A DNA stretch of 64,000 nt, taken from the NCBI GenBank assembly GCA_001643675.2, contig LSRY02000049.1, positions 186,001 to 250,000 on the forward strand, given 5' to 3'. The position numbers and the translations under genes are program-made. This document shows, piece by piece, positions 13,801-27,199 of the stretch. The number at the start of each line of letters is the position of its first letter. The stretch's first letter is position 1. Origin of the DNA: Monocercomonoides exilis PA203 (taxonomy: Eukaryota > Protista > Preaxostyla). Under the pieces are notes generated by a model, which searched no databases, was not told where the DNA came from, and saw only the letters and a program-made list of their open reading frames with translations.

Positions 13801-16800
13801 GATAGAGCCTTTGCTGCAATACGCACTTCATTAGACGACCGAATAAACCATGAAATCAAATTTATCAGCTGTTCGGGATTGTGAACATCCCTCACAGAAT
13901 TAGTCAATTTTGTTGGATCCAAAAACTCTTTGACTGTGTCATCCTGTTCTTCAACCTGGACATGAGTAAGATGTTCAATATCAGCAAATTTTGCTACAAG
14001 TAATAAAAGTACTTCATGAAAGCGTTCAGGATCAACAGAGTAATACAAAGGCAGAGCAAGATACGATGGAACAACAGTTGATTTATGTGTTCTTCGGAAT
14101 AAGCGATCTTCATTTCTTCCAACTGCGTCGCAATGTCCCTCAAAGAATGTAAATACTGGACGAGATGGATAGAAACATTCTGGAGTGTTGTACTCCCCTC
14201 CTCTGAGTCCATCGTCTGAGAATCCTTCGTATGTATCATACGTGGAATCGGCAAAGTGAGATACTGATGCTTCCCACTCGCAGTTGTAGTAAATAGAATA
14301 TTGTGCTTCAGAAGCTGGCAATTGTGGAATTAATGCAAATGATCCATCATTCGACGATGCCAATACAGATTTTTCAGCGATCTGAGGGATACATTCACCT
14401 TTTCGGCAATGGCAAGAATCTTCGTCTTTAAGACTGTTGGTATTAGCAAGCTGACTGTACATGTTTTGTTTGCTTATTCCAGCTGATGCAAAGCAACCAC
14501 AAGAGCACACTCTGTCTGCAACAATTCTTCGAACCCATCTCAATTCTTGAATTCGAGGAGTTGTTTCAAGAGTAGTTTCTGTGGCCTCAAGAATATGATT
14601 AGTATCGACCTGCTGAGTGTATGACGTATTTGCTGCATCAGTAACTGGCTTGTTGGCTTCATATACTGATTGATCCAATGGGATGGTTGGAGGTATTGCA
14701 GTTGCAGGATGGACAACTGTATGATGCTCAGCAGACGATGATGACATTGACTCTGATGAAGATGACGACACAGCAGATGCAGAAGCACTTGAAGAAGTTG
14801 CATTCTCCATTTTCTCATTGGACATAGAAAAGCCCCAACGCCATTTTGCTTGTTCTGCTCTGAGAACAGCTTTGTTACGGAGTTGTGCAGCCAGCCAATA
14901 TGGCCCAGCTATCAGTTTTTCATCAAAAGACACAAATACTCCCGAAGGTTGAATTGAATCAGCCTCTTCATCGATTTCAATTTCATGTTTCATTTTCCCC
15001 GTTTCCTCATGTGACACAATTGCAAGCATTTCGGAGGATGTGCACTTTTTCTTGCTTTCTTTAATTTGCCACATCTCGTCCCCTTTCTGTTTTAAGACAA
15101 GATCACGGTCCCATTTCTTGCTGAACACAGCGGCATCTTTCAGGTTATCGCTTTCCTTCCAATCTTGCTTCATTCGGCTGATAAATAGTTCGTTACGCTC
15201 TTTAATACGCTGTTTTTCTTCTTCTCCATTTAAGACATCATCCCCAATCACACACATTCGAAGCAACATGGATGCAGCTTCTCTTGTTTTCCATTGTTTC
15301 GCTTCGCACAACACTAACATAATATCTGAGATGCACGAATTGATAATGAAACGTCTCAAAGGAGGGCTAACACGAGCAAATGCAGCAAGAGACGACATCA
15401 CATACATCAGAGGAATTCGAGATTTCTTTCGTTCAAGAGTTTTCTTTAATAAATGTTTAACCAACATCAAAACGTTATTTGGAATTTCAACAAATTCTTT
15501 TGGTTTTAAGGGATATATTGATTCTGTTTCAACATAATATGAAGACGTATTTGAAAGATGGTTAACAGGAAATCTTGAATTATCAAATATGTTGTTGCAG
15601 CTAAGCATCATATTCGGGTGAGAGAACATTGCAATAGCATGCAAAAGCACGTTTAGCCAGCGTGCAAGTTCGTCTCTTAATGATGTTGCGCATAATTGAA
15701 GTGTACATTCCATGAGTTCTAAAAAGAATGTTGCTCCAACATAAGACACAGAATACATTGCTGAAGCTACAACATTGTCTGCCATGCCCTCTTCAACTAA
15801 CCGAGTGAAAAATTTGGTGCATCTAATGGCCATCCAAATGGAACCAAAAATGTTAACCTTTGCACCGCGAATTAGTAATGGAGACACAAAACGCGCGTAG
15901 CAGCAATATGCATTATCAGGATAATATGGTGGGAGAAGTGCAGGAAATGGTGTGTTTTTAATAAAGCTTGGATTAGCACATGGAAGATTCGCAAAGTTCG
16001 GCTGCTGTGGCAGTCGTTCTTTTGGGAATTGATCTTCATTCATGTTTCGCTTGACATATGGCAAAATAGCTGCAATGATTGATTCTGTTGATTCAGAGGA
16101 CAGTTTTTGAGCATTTCCCCAGTCAATTCCATCCCACTCAAAGCATGAGCACATCTCTGACTCTCTCACAGCAGCATCCACTTCAAATCGGAAAGTACGA
16201 CTTAGACGGAAGCGATTCTCTTTTGTTAACGTAATGCCTTTTAACAGTTCGTTCAATTCAAGTTCTTCTTCATCTGTGAGCTTATCATCTGCTTCATCCA
16301 ATTGGGTCTCGCCGTCAGATTCTTGTTCTGTTTTTGCTTCCTTTTCTTTAGCCCTTTTGTTTTTAATTTCATTCATGAATTTTGCTTTTGCCTGCCTTCT
16401 CGCATCATCCAATAAAGCCTTTGAAACTTTGTTGCATCGGGCTTTGCATCTTTCTTTTTCTTCAGCTATCATTCCTTCAACCTCACTGCAAGCACTCAGC
16501 AATGGCAAAGCGAGATACATCGTGTACATGACTGATGTTATAAGCACTTTGATTCCAGCCTTTGATGATGCAGTCGAAACTTGCGGTGCTTTCTTCTTTC
16601 CAAATTGCTCTTCGTCTTTTTCTCGTGCATATTTGTTGTATTCAAATTCGCTATCTTCCTCTCCCACAATAAAATCTGCAATACGTCTCGGATAATCAAG
16701 AGAAAGAAGTAACAACGATGCAAATGTTCCCATTGAAGCGAAATCTCGAAGGATTAGGTACAGTGGAAGCATGGAAGCATATTTTGTTTGACGACACGGA

Positions 16801-19800
16801 AGCAGCGAAAGAAGGGAATAAAGAAGAGATTGGCAGAGTGACAATGATGGAGAGAGAATGAAAGAATTATTATTCAGACACTCATCGATGAGCTGAGAAG
16901 AAGGAAACGGAGGCAATGGAGGAAGATATGGATGCTCTTCCGGTGGATATTCTAATTGTGCCGACGATGAATTAGAGAAAACTGTATATAGTGAAGAAGA
17001 AAACGAAGATTCTGGAGTTAATGCAGATGATGAGGAAGAAGATGACGACGGTCCATTTGAATGTTGCTGCTGCTTTTCGATTTCTTCATCTTCCAAATCT
17101 TTCCAGTCTTCTTCTTGTTGTGATTCTGAGTCGTACGCTTCGTCATAAGATCCTTCAATCGTAAATCCGGATGTTGCTTTCCCTCGGTGCTCCGCTTTTA
17201 TCTGCATCGCTCGCTGTCTGCGAAGCTCAGCTTCTTCCCATGCACCTCTAACAAGCAGAACACGCAGAACAGCCAGAACAAGTTTTGCAAAAGCCATTTT
17301 GGCAACATCATCTGTGCAGTCAACAAGAATAGCTTTAAGCCAAGGTGTTTGCAACTGTGGAGGAGAATATTCCTCTTCATCCGAATCAAAATCCATTGAC
17401 CCAACAGGTGCTGGTGGATTAAGCTGATAGCAGCATTCTGCAGCAAATAGAGAGGCAATGCGTATATCGATTGAAGCAAGCCCTTCAAACTGCCTGATCC
17501 AATAAGCCAGCAGAGGTCGCTCGCTTGAGTGAATGTAAGTATCAAATAAGAAATACATCCACACCCTGATGAAGTCCGTTGATGATGTCAAATGATTCAG
17601 TTCCAACGCATTCGGAGTTGGTAAGCACAAAGATGAGATTGCATGATATGCTAAGGCCACAACCTGCGGACGAGCAGCGAACTGTCGAGCAAATGAAGAA
17701 TGAATCAAGTATGAGTCCATCGTTTCCATTCCTTTTCTGATGTCCAATGGAACAGGGAATAATGTTGAGGATGCGCAAAGTGCTCGAGATGTTATTGGGC
17801 ATACTGATAAGGAGTTCTCGTCTTTAAAAGCAGGGCACTCAACGTTCATGCGATATTTCATCATGTAATCAAATAATGATGCAATCATTCGGAAATGGTT
17901 GTGATTGTAAATATGTGTTTCGTGTGTGAATTCTCTGTTTTCGGACTGAATCTGCTGAAGTGTGCCTATTGGCACATATTTCCTAATTTCCTCTGCTGAA
18001 GGCATTTCCTGTGTCAGCGAGTAAAATGGTATCTTTTGTTCTGGCTCATCTCTTTCCATCGATTCAGATGATTGTGCATCGGATGAAACTTCGTTTTCTT
18101 CTTTTTCATCAAAAGGCAGGATTCTGTCATAAACAAGCAAATATGCTGAATATGGCTTGTCTTCTTCAGCATCAACCCATTTTTTCTGTTTCCAGTCATA
18201 TTTGCGTGTCGTCTGCTTACCTCCAAAGCATTGCTCCTTTAAGCGGAGAGGATCAACTTCCTCAACTGATGAGTCATTGAAGCAGAGCCATCTGTGCGGA
18301 GGGCGTCGTTCACGGATGTATGAATAGTAATGGCCAGATTCAGAAGAACCCGTGTGAACCACAACACCTGCAAGACGATACAAATATCTCTGCGCAGGAG
18401 GAACAGAAGAGTAAGTAACTGTTGCATGGGAAGAAGAAGATGACGATGAGGAAGAGGAAGAGGAAGAGGAAGAGGATGCTGAAGAAGATGATGGTGAAGC
18501 TGCTTTCAATTCTTCAAGTGCCTCTTCAATGGACAGCGGACGAGGCTCCTCCATCAAATCAAGTGGTGTTTTTTTCTGCTGCACCATCTGGAATAGAGAC
18601 TCAATTGTGGTTTCTCTCTCTCTTTCATCAAATGTTTCTGATGTAAACGGTGTCAAATCGAGCACCTCTCCTTCCACTGGAAACTCAAAATAGTCATTCA
18701 CTTTATATTTCAAGAATGTTTCAAAGTTGAACTCAAAACGCTTCAGATGGAATATCAGGGTGTTCGGTAATTTGCCAAGCAGCGTGCGCTTAACGCTCGT
18801 AACAAGTCCGTTGCATTCAGTACATTGGTACTTGTTATCTCCATCAAGCACTTCACCCTGAACAAATAGCTTCAGAGACGAAAATAAGGATCCTTTCGAT
18901 TTAACGTCAACGGGAAGCACGTAGAACGGATCTCTTCTTTCGCTTCTGTGCCCAGCCTCGCAAATAATCTGATTGACAAATTCGCCTTGGAACATGCGCT
19001 TCAGCACATTCTCCTGTTTGTTCGATTTCAGTGTCTTCTCTAAATTATCAAAAAGCTGTCCAAGAAATTCATCTGCATCCATTTGAATGTATATTGACAT
19101 TTTCGTCCCATTTGGATTTCTATAAGCATCACAAAATGGACGCGTTTCTGCTGCTTTGTGAGAATTTTCCTGCATGTTTGCAAACAATGTCTGAAGTTCG
19201 TCCCAAGAAGACTCTGGAATTTCCTCTTGTTCCTCTGTCTCTCCTCTTTCAGCAAGTATCATTTGTTCAACTTCTTTCTCTTGCTTAACTTTTTCGTATG
19301 CTGCATCTTTAAGCGAAAACAGAGATAGTCTGAAAGGATAATGCATATACAATTGTTGCATAAATGATAGCATGTAGCAGATAGTACCAAGGTTATTCAT
19401 TCCAGAATACCCACTCTTTCCTCTCTTCATCTGTGCTGGCCAGTGCCTGAATCCATTCACAGAGCTTCGATGACGCTCTCTCAGCTGTAATCTTCCAAAT
19501 AGCCATCCTGCTCTAAGCGAGCACGGAGGGCATTCATTGCACAGAGAAAGCAAAAGATCCACAGCCGCCATTCGAGTGCCTTCTCGCTTGCATTGTGGCT
19601 CTTCCTGCGAGATTGGTGCTATCTGAAGTGGAAATGATGGAGACTGCTGATTTGTGAGCTTGGCAGGTGATAAAAGTGCAATAGATGAGGATGACAAAGG
19701 AAGAGTCTCCCAAACTGTCTTATTTTGTGCAATGTCCATTTGCAGTGTTTCTGGTGTTGTTATGTTTGTAAGCATGTGGTGGAATATGTGCGAAACAAGG

Positions 19801-22800
19801 TTAAATTCTTGTGAAGTACCCAGAATAGATTTGAGCGACATTGAGCTGCTTTTGGTTGTGCATTCTAAATGTTCTGGAGTTAATTTAGAAGATGAAGAAG
19901 CATTTATGCTCGCCTGGCTTTCGTCCTGATGAAAATCAGACGAAAGTTCAATGATGTTCTTTAGCAGACGTAGCCAGCCAATCAACACATCGTCACTTTG
20001 TGTTGTGAAAGGTGACTCGGATGGATCTCCGTCGAATTCAATTGTTGGCCTATGGACGATGATGGAAGACACCACACTTGCCAGAGACGGAAGATCATGC
20101 ACAAGCGAATATGGCTGAGCAGGAATGACTTGTATCTTGTGTAGTGCCAATACTCCGATGAGTTTTGAGAAAAACGAAAAGAAGTTTTCACAGTTGGATA
20201 GAGGGCTTAGATAATCAAGCTCGTCAGCTGTGTTGATCACACAGTGAAGGAGCTTGGAGCAGACCGGAGACAATGTTTGACTTTCAGTATCTGAAAGAGA
20301 CTTTTGCTCTGCCAGTGTCACAACTTTTGTCAAAAACTTTTCAAAAGAAATGCGCACAGATGCAACTGTCGAGTGGAGAAGAAGAGCAGAAAAGAAGACG
20401 TCAAATGAAGGCGACGATATTTCTTTCAGCATTGAATCTGTTGATTGTTTAGACGAGCACAGAGCAAAAAGAATGGATAAAAGTGATTCAACTCCCTTTG
20501 AGGACTCCACAGCTGTTGGATCAAGTGAAGAGGAGAAAGATTGCTTGCCATCTGACTCCAACATTTTCAAAGGAGGCATTGTTTCTTCTACTAATGAAGT
20601 TATATCTGGAATGCATTGAGTTAACCATAGAAGATTGGCATCTGACTTCTTTCCAGATTCGAAAACAGCTTCTTCTGAAACATAGCACCCGCCAGGACCA
20701 TATCCAAACTGTTCGCCCTGTGAACTGTAGATTGATTTGTGCGAAATCTGTTCTGTGTCCATCTTTCCGATTTGACTTGAATTATCTTTGGAGCTTAGCT
20801 CAATTCTCATCAGACGCGTTTTCTCCAATGCTTTCATAATTACTCCATCTTTTTGCTCTCCCAACATCTTTGACGAGGCTCCTCCTGAAAACTTCCAGCC
20901 AAATTCATTTGCTCCAGTTGAAATAGATGGTAGTAGGTGTTTCGAAGCAAAATACTGAAGATGCTGCGAAGATAAAGAAAACAGAGAAGCCAACGAAAGC
21001 AGTTGGTAGAATAATGATTTAGAAAGAGTTGTTGCCGAATCTTCTTGCAATTCTGCCATTTGATTGAAAATGGTCCGAATATGCTTCTGGGATTGATTAA
21101 CGTTGATTTCATCTTCATTGTCATTTAAGATTATACTTGTTTCTATGTCCATAGCTGAGGTGTTGGATGATAGACTTTCTTTGGCTTCTTCTGATTGTTG
21201 TGATGATGTTGTTGTTTCAGATGAATCGACAATGAATGATGAAATTACTGCCATCAGCTGAGAAAATATAGAAGATCTCAGCGAAGCTGGAGTTGCCTCA
21301 TCTGTAAAGTCTATTGTGAAAAGAAGCGAAAATAGTGTTAAAAGTCCACCAGAAAGACAAAAGTGATCCTTCCATTCAGAAATAGCGTGCTGAATTGAGG
21401 ATTTTCCTTGTTTGTTCTCATCTTCATTGTTTTTCTGTTCGTCTTTTTGGCTTGCAGTGGAGCATGATGACCAATAATTGTTTGATTCATCGAGCATTGA
21501 AAGAACAACCCCAAGTGAATACTCCAACTTGTTGAGAGAAGATGAATCGAACACTTCACGCCATGAAATTATCCTCTGCTGAATAGTCTCCTTTGATAAA
21601 GCCGAAGAAAAAGCATTTGACGATAACAATGACGACGACGACGATGATGATGATTCTCCATAAATAGAAGTTGCTGATTGTTCAGAGTCTCTCATTCGCT
21701 CAGAAGGATTGCAAGTGATGATAGCATCCTGAATAGATTTGTTTGTTGGCGCCTCAGCCAGAAGTGACTTTACCAAGTATGTAATTGAAGGAGATGCACC
21801 CAATGCACTGAACAGAAGTGGATGATGACTGAGGAGCAGCTGAGATGGATACAGATAAGGAGGAATGGCAGAAAATGGATAAGCATAACACACAGGTCGA
21901 AGAAGGGGATCTGCTTCCGTCATTGTAGAGACATTAATTACTGATTCGTCATACAACTTTGAGTTTGCTTCTTCGTCTGTAGCAGTCCCTCCCAGAGTAG
22001 AAAAGGAGAGCGTATAAGCTTTGTGCGGATCACGTAGCATCTCTCTCAAAACAGCTGGCTGTGCAGCAGATTTGAGTACTTCCTTCTCCTTTTCCAGTTG
22101 ATACTCGCTTCCCTTGTTCTCTGCCCCAATGCTTCGAATGTGCTGCTTCAGCGCAACATCCAGCTTTGGCTCTTGCTTCTTTGCAAGTGATAAAAGTGAG
22201 CTTTTGTCCTGTGTGTAATCAGCCATTCCGTTGTACAGCCAGACATCGCTAATTTGTTTCATTGCTTTCCAGTTCGGTCTGCTGATAAAGTTCCGCATGT
22301 TTTCTGCTTCTTCTATTTCTGCCTCCATCATTCCAGGTTCATGCACCGTTATTTCTCCATCCATCGCTTCGAGTCCCTGCCCCAGCATCGCATCGAGCTG
22401 GCTGCGCGTAATTGCTCCAGTTTTCTCAGCGTACAGTATTCGAAGAAGCTGCGGACATGCTTTCTCTGTTGTTGTGATTGCCGTCTTGACATCGCCAGTG
22501 GCACCAGCTTCCAATGTTACTTCCACTTTCATCATTGGGCCGTGCCTTTGGTGAGAGCGGGCACGAGAGCATCTGATGAGCGGATGCACTTGCATGTCAA
22601 ACTGGTCGATCATCTCTTTGATGATGAGAAGGGCATTTTCTGCTCGTATGTACAAGAGCTGCGATATCTCCTCTGCATCACGCTGCTTCTTATTTATCGC
22701 ATCGACAAGATTCTTCACTTCTCTCATAGCCTTGTTGAGGCAGGCATTTATTGCCTCCTCAAACTGGATGAGTGCAATTGTTTCGTCGCACATCTCTTCT

Positions 22801-25800
22801 TCACTCATCGCTCGCTCGCTCTGAAGCATCTGTGACTGTGGCGACTGAATAAACTTTGTCAGCTCCGGAAACGCATTCGGAGCAAATGACTGCATCAAGC
22901 AGGAACGGGCGTTGGATCCGATATTTGCATAATGTGCAGGAGAAGAGAAAGAAGAGGACGAAGATGAGGAAGACGATTTTGATGACTTAGATGTGCGAGC
23001 AGTCTTCTGCTTGTTGAGCGTCTGAAGCTCTGCTTCGATGTTGCGCGAAGAACCGTTCATCAGAGCTATTTCCCAGATCGTCTCGTCTGCCACTCGAAGC
23101 GCTTCTTCAATCGCTTTCAGGTTTTGCTTTGTCTGCTCACAGTTTTCAGCATATGAAAGCACAGATAATTTGTTCTTTTCAATAAGTCTCCGTTTATTTT
23201 CTAGAGCTTTCTCTTGTTGCTCGTTTTGTTCCTGTTCTTCTTTCTCAAATGAAGCTGAGATCTCTTTGAAGACTTCCTCAAACTGTGCATCATCTGCTTC
23301 TTCAGAACTTTCCCCTTCACTTGTTTTCTCCTCACGAGCCTGCTTTAGCATTGCCTCCAGCTCCATTTGTTTTTCTTCGTGTCTCTTTCGTTTCTCTTCC
23401 TCAAATTCCTTTTCTTCGACTTTGAGCTCTTCCTCTGCTGACTTTATCTTCGCGTTAATCCTCGCAATGCCATCTGTCCATCTGTTGATTCTGATTGAGT
23501 GCTTTGTCTTAGCAATCGATGCTTGTGTCAAGATTGACTTAAACAGATTGAATTCTGTTGCCGAAAGGCTTCCTTTGTCCATCGTGTGGCACATCTGAAT
23601 GAAGAATGGAATGAACACCTTGGGAAACATGTTGTCGTATTGCAGAACCAACTTCTGAAATTCGGGTGTCGGCTGCACATGCGGCGGAGTCTGCGGAGGA
23701 GTGATAAGCTTCCGTATCAAGTCAACGCCTTGCTCTTTCTCGTCAGCTGTCTGCGCGTCGAGTGTCATCGTGCTCCACACTCGGTCGAGCATCTCCTGTG
23801 TGAGCGGCTGCCGCGACGTCTGAAGAATCTTCAGCAAAAACAGAGCAAGCGAGGACGTGTGCTCAGAGTAAGTGAAGGAGCCTATCTGAGCCGAATCGAT
23901 CTTTAAGCCAGATGTTGCTAAAGACAAAGATGAGCCTATTGAGCTCAAGGAATGCAAAGAAGAAGAGGAATCTGTCAGCATATTCGCTTTGGAGTTCGCC
24001 ATTTTGTTCATCTTCATCATCTCATGCAGCTCTTCAACTTCTGATAGAACAAGCTCAGCAATGTTGTGTTGCATTTGCAGATACGTGAAATACTCTCTTT
24101 CGCTCATCATGTGATTGTCTTGTGTCAATAAAGACCTGTTCTTTTCTTCCTGTTCTTTCTCTTTGAGCAAACGCTGTTTCTTCTCTTCAGTTGTCTCATT
24201 GTCGTGTGCTCCTTTCTTTTCCTGCTGCTGCAATTGTTCTGTTATGATCGCATTTTGTAGGATTCGAATGCTCTGAACAACAGAGTTGTGGCAGTGAAGC
24301 AGCGCAACACAAATCGGGATGAAGTGCTCACGATGAGCCAGAGGAAGCATTGAGACAAGCGGAATGAGATGGAGCAGCGCCTCCTGGAGAACAGGAGGAG
24401 TGCAAGAAAAAGCAGACAAGAAAGGAAATTGTGTGTGGCGTACGAGTGATGGAGAAAATATGAGGTATTGAGGAGTGGTAAAAGAGAAGCTTGACAATGA
24501 CGAGGATGAGGAAGAGGATGAGGAAGAGGAGGAAGAAGAAGAAGACGCAGATGCAGATTCATCTGAAGCGGAAGATGTAGAAGCTGCACAGAAACTAATG
24601 CAAAGCTCTGACAGTTTCTTCACTTCTTCTTCACTTATTTTCTTTTTCTCTTCTTCGCTAAGCGGATCAAGAACGACAGAAAGGAAGAAATCCAATCCTT
24701 TTTCAGAAAGCTGTGGGAATGAGCGAATTATGGATTGCTCCACAATTCCTCTAAGAAGGCGAATAGAATGGACATCGCTGATGAGAATATTGGAAGCATC
24801 TGCTTGTTGAAGAGAAATAGAAGAGGAGCTTGGCAATGATGGCAAGGACGAAGATGAAGAAGGTAAAAAAGAAGATGATGATGATGCGAATTGTTTTTGC
24901 TTTCTTGAATGGAGCTTGGATGTTGTGTTGACGCAAATCGAGTTCACAATCATGTCAAACAGAACTGTCAGATCGCCTTCAGAGCAGACTTTTATCAAAT
25001 CCATGAAAAAGGCATTCATTTCCTTTTCCTCGCTTTCGTGTTTTCCTCTTGCCGCCTTCCACAGAATGCTCAGTACTTGCTCGCCAAGTCCGCCTTTCAG
25101 TTGGCACAACCGCAGCGGCAGCGCAAACGCCCTCTTTGCGACTTCCATGTGCATTCTCTCTCCAAATATTGCTTCGATCACATGATACTCCGCCAGCATT
25201 GCAAGGAAGGTTCGCGGACGCATTGCTGATGCGCACACAATTGAACGTGATTCAATGACACTTCGAGGCAAACGAGGAGTAACAGTCTTCAATGGATCAC
25301 TTTCAATCTTCGCAATCAAAGCAAGTGCATCTTTTATTTTACTGTCGAGCAGAAGTTGTTGTGCATCTCGATTGTTATTTCCTCCTTCAACGTGCTGTTG
25401 GTTTCTGTTAAGTGCTTCTTCTCTTTCTGCTTCTAATTTTGCTTTCAATTCTTTAGCTTGCCTTAATTGGCTCTTTCGCTCCATAATTTCAGCCCTTCTT
25501 TCTCTCACCTCCTTCTCTCTTGCTTCGTCTTCGTCTTCCACCGACTGTGACACAGTCGATGATTGCGACTTGCAAAATGACTCAACAAACTGAATGGCAG
25601 CTGCAATACGCTTTTCCAGCGACGAAGCGCTCATCTGGCGCACGCAGATGTGGAACAGGAGCTCCTCCATCGCTTCCTTCACATTTCGCTTTCTGCCTTT
25701 CCCCAACGGAAGAGCAGCGGAATCGCTTATTTGTGCTATGCGAATAAGCACAGACTCTATCGAGTTCAATATGCGAAAAGCAGATTTCTTTTCAGATGGG

Positions 25801-26895
25801 GGCATCATTGTGTCGTAATTGATACCTTCTGCAAGAAAATATGCTAACTCAACAAACAGTGACTGGAATGGCAGAAGTGAATTAGCTGTGAATATGTTGG
25901 ATGCCCTCTCAAATGGCCGTATTAAGTACTTCAGCCTGTTTAGAGATGCATCGGATTTGAATTGGTAATGGTGTTCAGACAAGAATATTGATGATTTTTC
26001 ATTTTGTGAAGTTATAGATGACGATGATGATTCACTTGCGCTATCTTGTTCTGTTTCAATACGATGTGCTTGAAGCTCTTGCTCTATTACATCTGACAAC
26101 AACTGAAATCCTTGATAGTCAACTAAAACGCTCAGCATGGACAATGGGTATGCTGGCAGTCCTTCCATATTCAGATCATCATCAACATATTGACTGATAA
26201 TCTCGTCGATTTCAGGTAAGTTGTGTGAGTCAAATTCGTAGCTTTGCCAATAAGAATTAACTTTGCAACTGAACAAAACTCCTATGGCATGGGCAAGAGC
26301 ATCAGAATGTTCAAACTGATTTAATGATCGAACCAAAAAGATAACAATATCTTTGGTATAGCACATTATACTCTCCCAGCATCCTCTTGAAAATGTTCTG
26401 TTAAATAAAAATAAAAAGGTTAAAATGCAATTTGCTTTTAAAATTCAACAAAAATATTTTGAGTTAACAGACGCAAAAGATTTTATCACTCTAAATATTC
26501 TAATAACTGATTGAAATAGTTGTTCATTAATCTCTTGCATGCGAAGAGCTTCATCTAATTCATCAAGTGCAGTGCAATAAGCTGAAAGAGTAATAACACT
26601 GTTTTTTATTTCGGATTCTACGTGAAATAGGATTTCAAAAGATGATATTAATTATTTTTCATCAAATAAAGAAGAAAAAAAGAAAAATAAAGAAATTTAA
26701 AGGAAATGCAGAATGTGTTAATCTCAACCTCGAATTGAAGATCGCCGTAAATCAATGCTACGAAGCGAATTATTTAATTCTTTTTCACTTGTAAATATCT
26801 CCAAAAATTCTAATAATTCCTCGAATATTGATTATAATAAAATATAAAATTTGCACGCCTTCCTTTTTCTTGGAGAAATAGTCCTCTTCACTCAT
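10875..26895 (-). CDS. Giant ubiquitin C-terminal hydrolase (peptidase C19, USP9X/USP24/USP34-like), ~5250 aa; exons 26895-26857, 26819-26729, 26581-26473, 26397-10875
   Basis: Cys box GYSGMNNLGTICYMLSFMQQLY (~19345-19410), QMDADEF, LDGDNKYQCTEC, LPNTLIFHLKRFEFNFETFLKYKVNDYFEFP, His box YRLAGVVVHTGSSESGHYYSYIRER..WLCFNDSSV (~18270-18385) and SAYLLVYDR. Three small upstream exons join in phase to the 5163-aa ORF; the 5' model is less certain than the domain call. Confidence 0.9.
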
Positions 26896-27081
26896 ATTTC
26901 AATTGGTAAAATATTTGATCTGAGCCATCATAAAGTTATCAGACACAGTTCTGTTCCTTTGAGTGTATTTTGATATATTCATTCCTCAGTTGAAAACGCA
27001 ATTGCAAGTCCGAAATTCCGATAACAAATAAATATTTTCAACTAGATTAAATAAACTTTTCAAAAAAACTGAAATAATCAC

Positions 27082-27112
<31 letters not shown>

Positions 27113-27199
27113 AAAAAAAACCATTTTAAACATAATGAAAAAAGGTTGTTATAATTAATTTTTACAATGATTCGTGCAATTGTTTCCATTTACGCAAAA

